DNA of 64,000 nt from Haliotis rubra. Lineage: Eukaryota. Position numbers and translations under genes: made by a program. How positions within the stretch are numbered: position 1 is the first letter of the stretch; each line of letters opens with the position of its first letter. Below the pieces are notes generated by a model. It was not told the origin of the DNA. It did no database searches and worked only from the letters and a program-made list of their open reading frames with translations. Below are positions 63,271 to 64,000 of this stretch, one piece after another. The stretch covers positions 2,418,001-2,482,000 of the forward strand of contig NW_025767080.1 in NCBI RefSeq assembly GCF_003918875.1. Reading direction: 5' to 3'.

Positions 63271-63336
63271 GACTGACTGACTGACTGACTGAGTTTGGTT
63301 TTACGCCGCTTTTAGCAATATTCCAGGAACATCACG
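63271..63336 (-). mobile_element. 5'-truncated SINE family A (tail only)
   Basis: Tail only, flanked by a perfect 12-bp TSD ACCACCATAACT (63259-63270, 63337-63348). Confidence 0.88.
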
Positions 63337-64000
63337 ACCACCATAACTATAACAGTACAATAAGTGGAATAAATGTATATGTCCCTAAGCTTTCGCTTAA
63401 TATGAAACGTCGCAGGATGATTGTAGAAGTATTTTTAGGAACCTTTACCCATGTTAAAACTGGGACAGAGACATTGGTTTCTTCTGGTGTAGCAGTGTGG
63501 ACGATTAGGTCTAGACTCTTTGAGGAGCGTCGCAAACTGCTTAACACGGACTGTCCCAAAAGACACATCACATCGAGTGATTTTCATCCGCGTCGCTTGA
63601 TTTTCCTCCACAACACTTCTGCAAGGAATAGTGGCCTGCAAGAAACTTCAGTTAGTACTGCCTCCAATACAATCGGATTCCAAACATTTGTGTTGCTAAG
63701 GATTATTATTATCACAATATTGACTCGCTAATATGTCACAGTAGAATAATTTATTTCCAGTCTTTATTTCAAATCGCTCGCTGTCATGACAGCGTTTTGG
63801 TGACAAGATTGATGATAGCTTTGTACATTAATGCCGAGCGACCTCGTCTGAGTTTTAATTATGACATAATGCGTGTCTGGATGGCCGCTAGTCTGCTATT
63901 TCACAGCCTTTAGCGACACGTGCATATGTCGACCAACCATTTGCCTTCTCAACGAAACTTCGTTAGGGTGGGCTGGTGAAATATTACTGTGAAATCTCGT

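Noticed and set aside
1-64000. Conserved bilaterian miRNA genes (miR-9, -124, -92, -34, -96/182/183, -219, -2, -7, -71 and others)
   Set aside because: A manual scan found only short seed-length matches (for example CGCGTGCCTTA at about 6764 and TGATTGTCCAA at about 45466), with no full mature sequence in a hairpin. The scan was by eye, so a MirMachine or Infernal search is still advisable.
1-64000. HES/E(spl) or other bHLH coding exons and a canonical Su(H) paired site
   Set aside because: No bHLH, Orange or WRPW coding segment was seen, and none of the CSL sites I checked has an opposed partner at 15-17 bp spacing.

Overview
This is AT-rich eukaryotic, non-coding DNA (intergenic or intronic). 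It is most likely from a mollusc: the SINE families resemble those I recall from abalone and other gastropods, which is an inference. I could not recognise any host protein-coding exon, rRNA, true tRNA, known conserved miRNA or CRISPR array. The only convincing protein ORF is an intact 336-aa DD34E Tc1 transposase (27930-28940, minus strand). The rest is a repeat mosaic. It includes a second Tc1 fragment, a decayed I/Nimb-clade LINE with RNase H, a LINE 3' end nested in a MITE, more than 15 SINE copies of at least three families sharing a LINE-like 3' tail, several ~90-190 bp foldback/MITE elements and at least seven minisatellites. Between the repeats are CpG-retaining islands dense in CSL/Su(H), HES class-C/N-box, CAGGTG E-box, RFX X-box and CRE motifs, suggesting the cis-regulatory landscape of a developmental or neurogenic gene lying outside the window. 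The most unusual observations are a 46-bp minisatellite derived from a LINE's ORF2 stop-codon region, micro-foldback elements with 9-bp TSDs, a duplication with a breakpoint inside a palindrome, and an intact Tc1 that has lost one TIR. I found no clear evidence of a novel multi-gene system.
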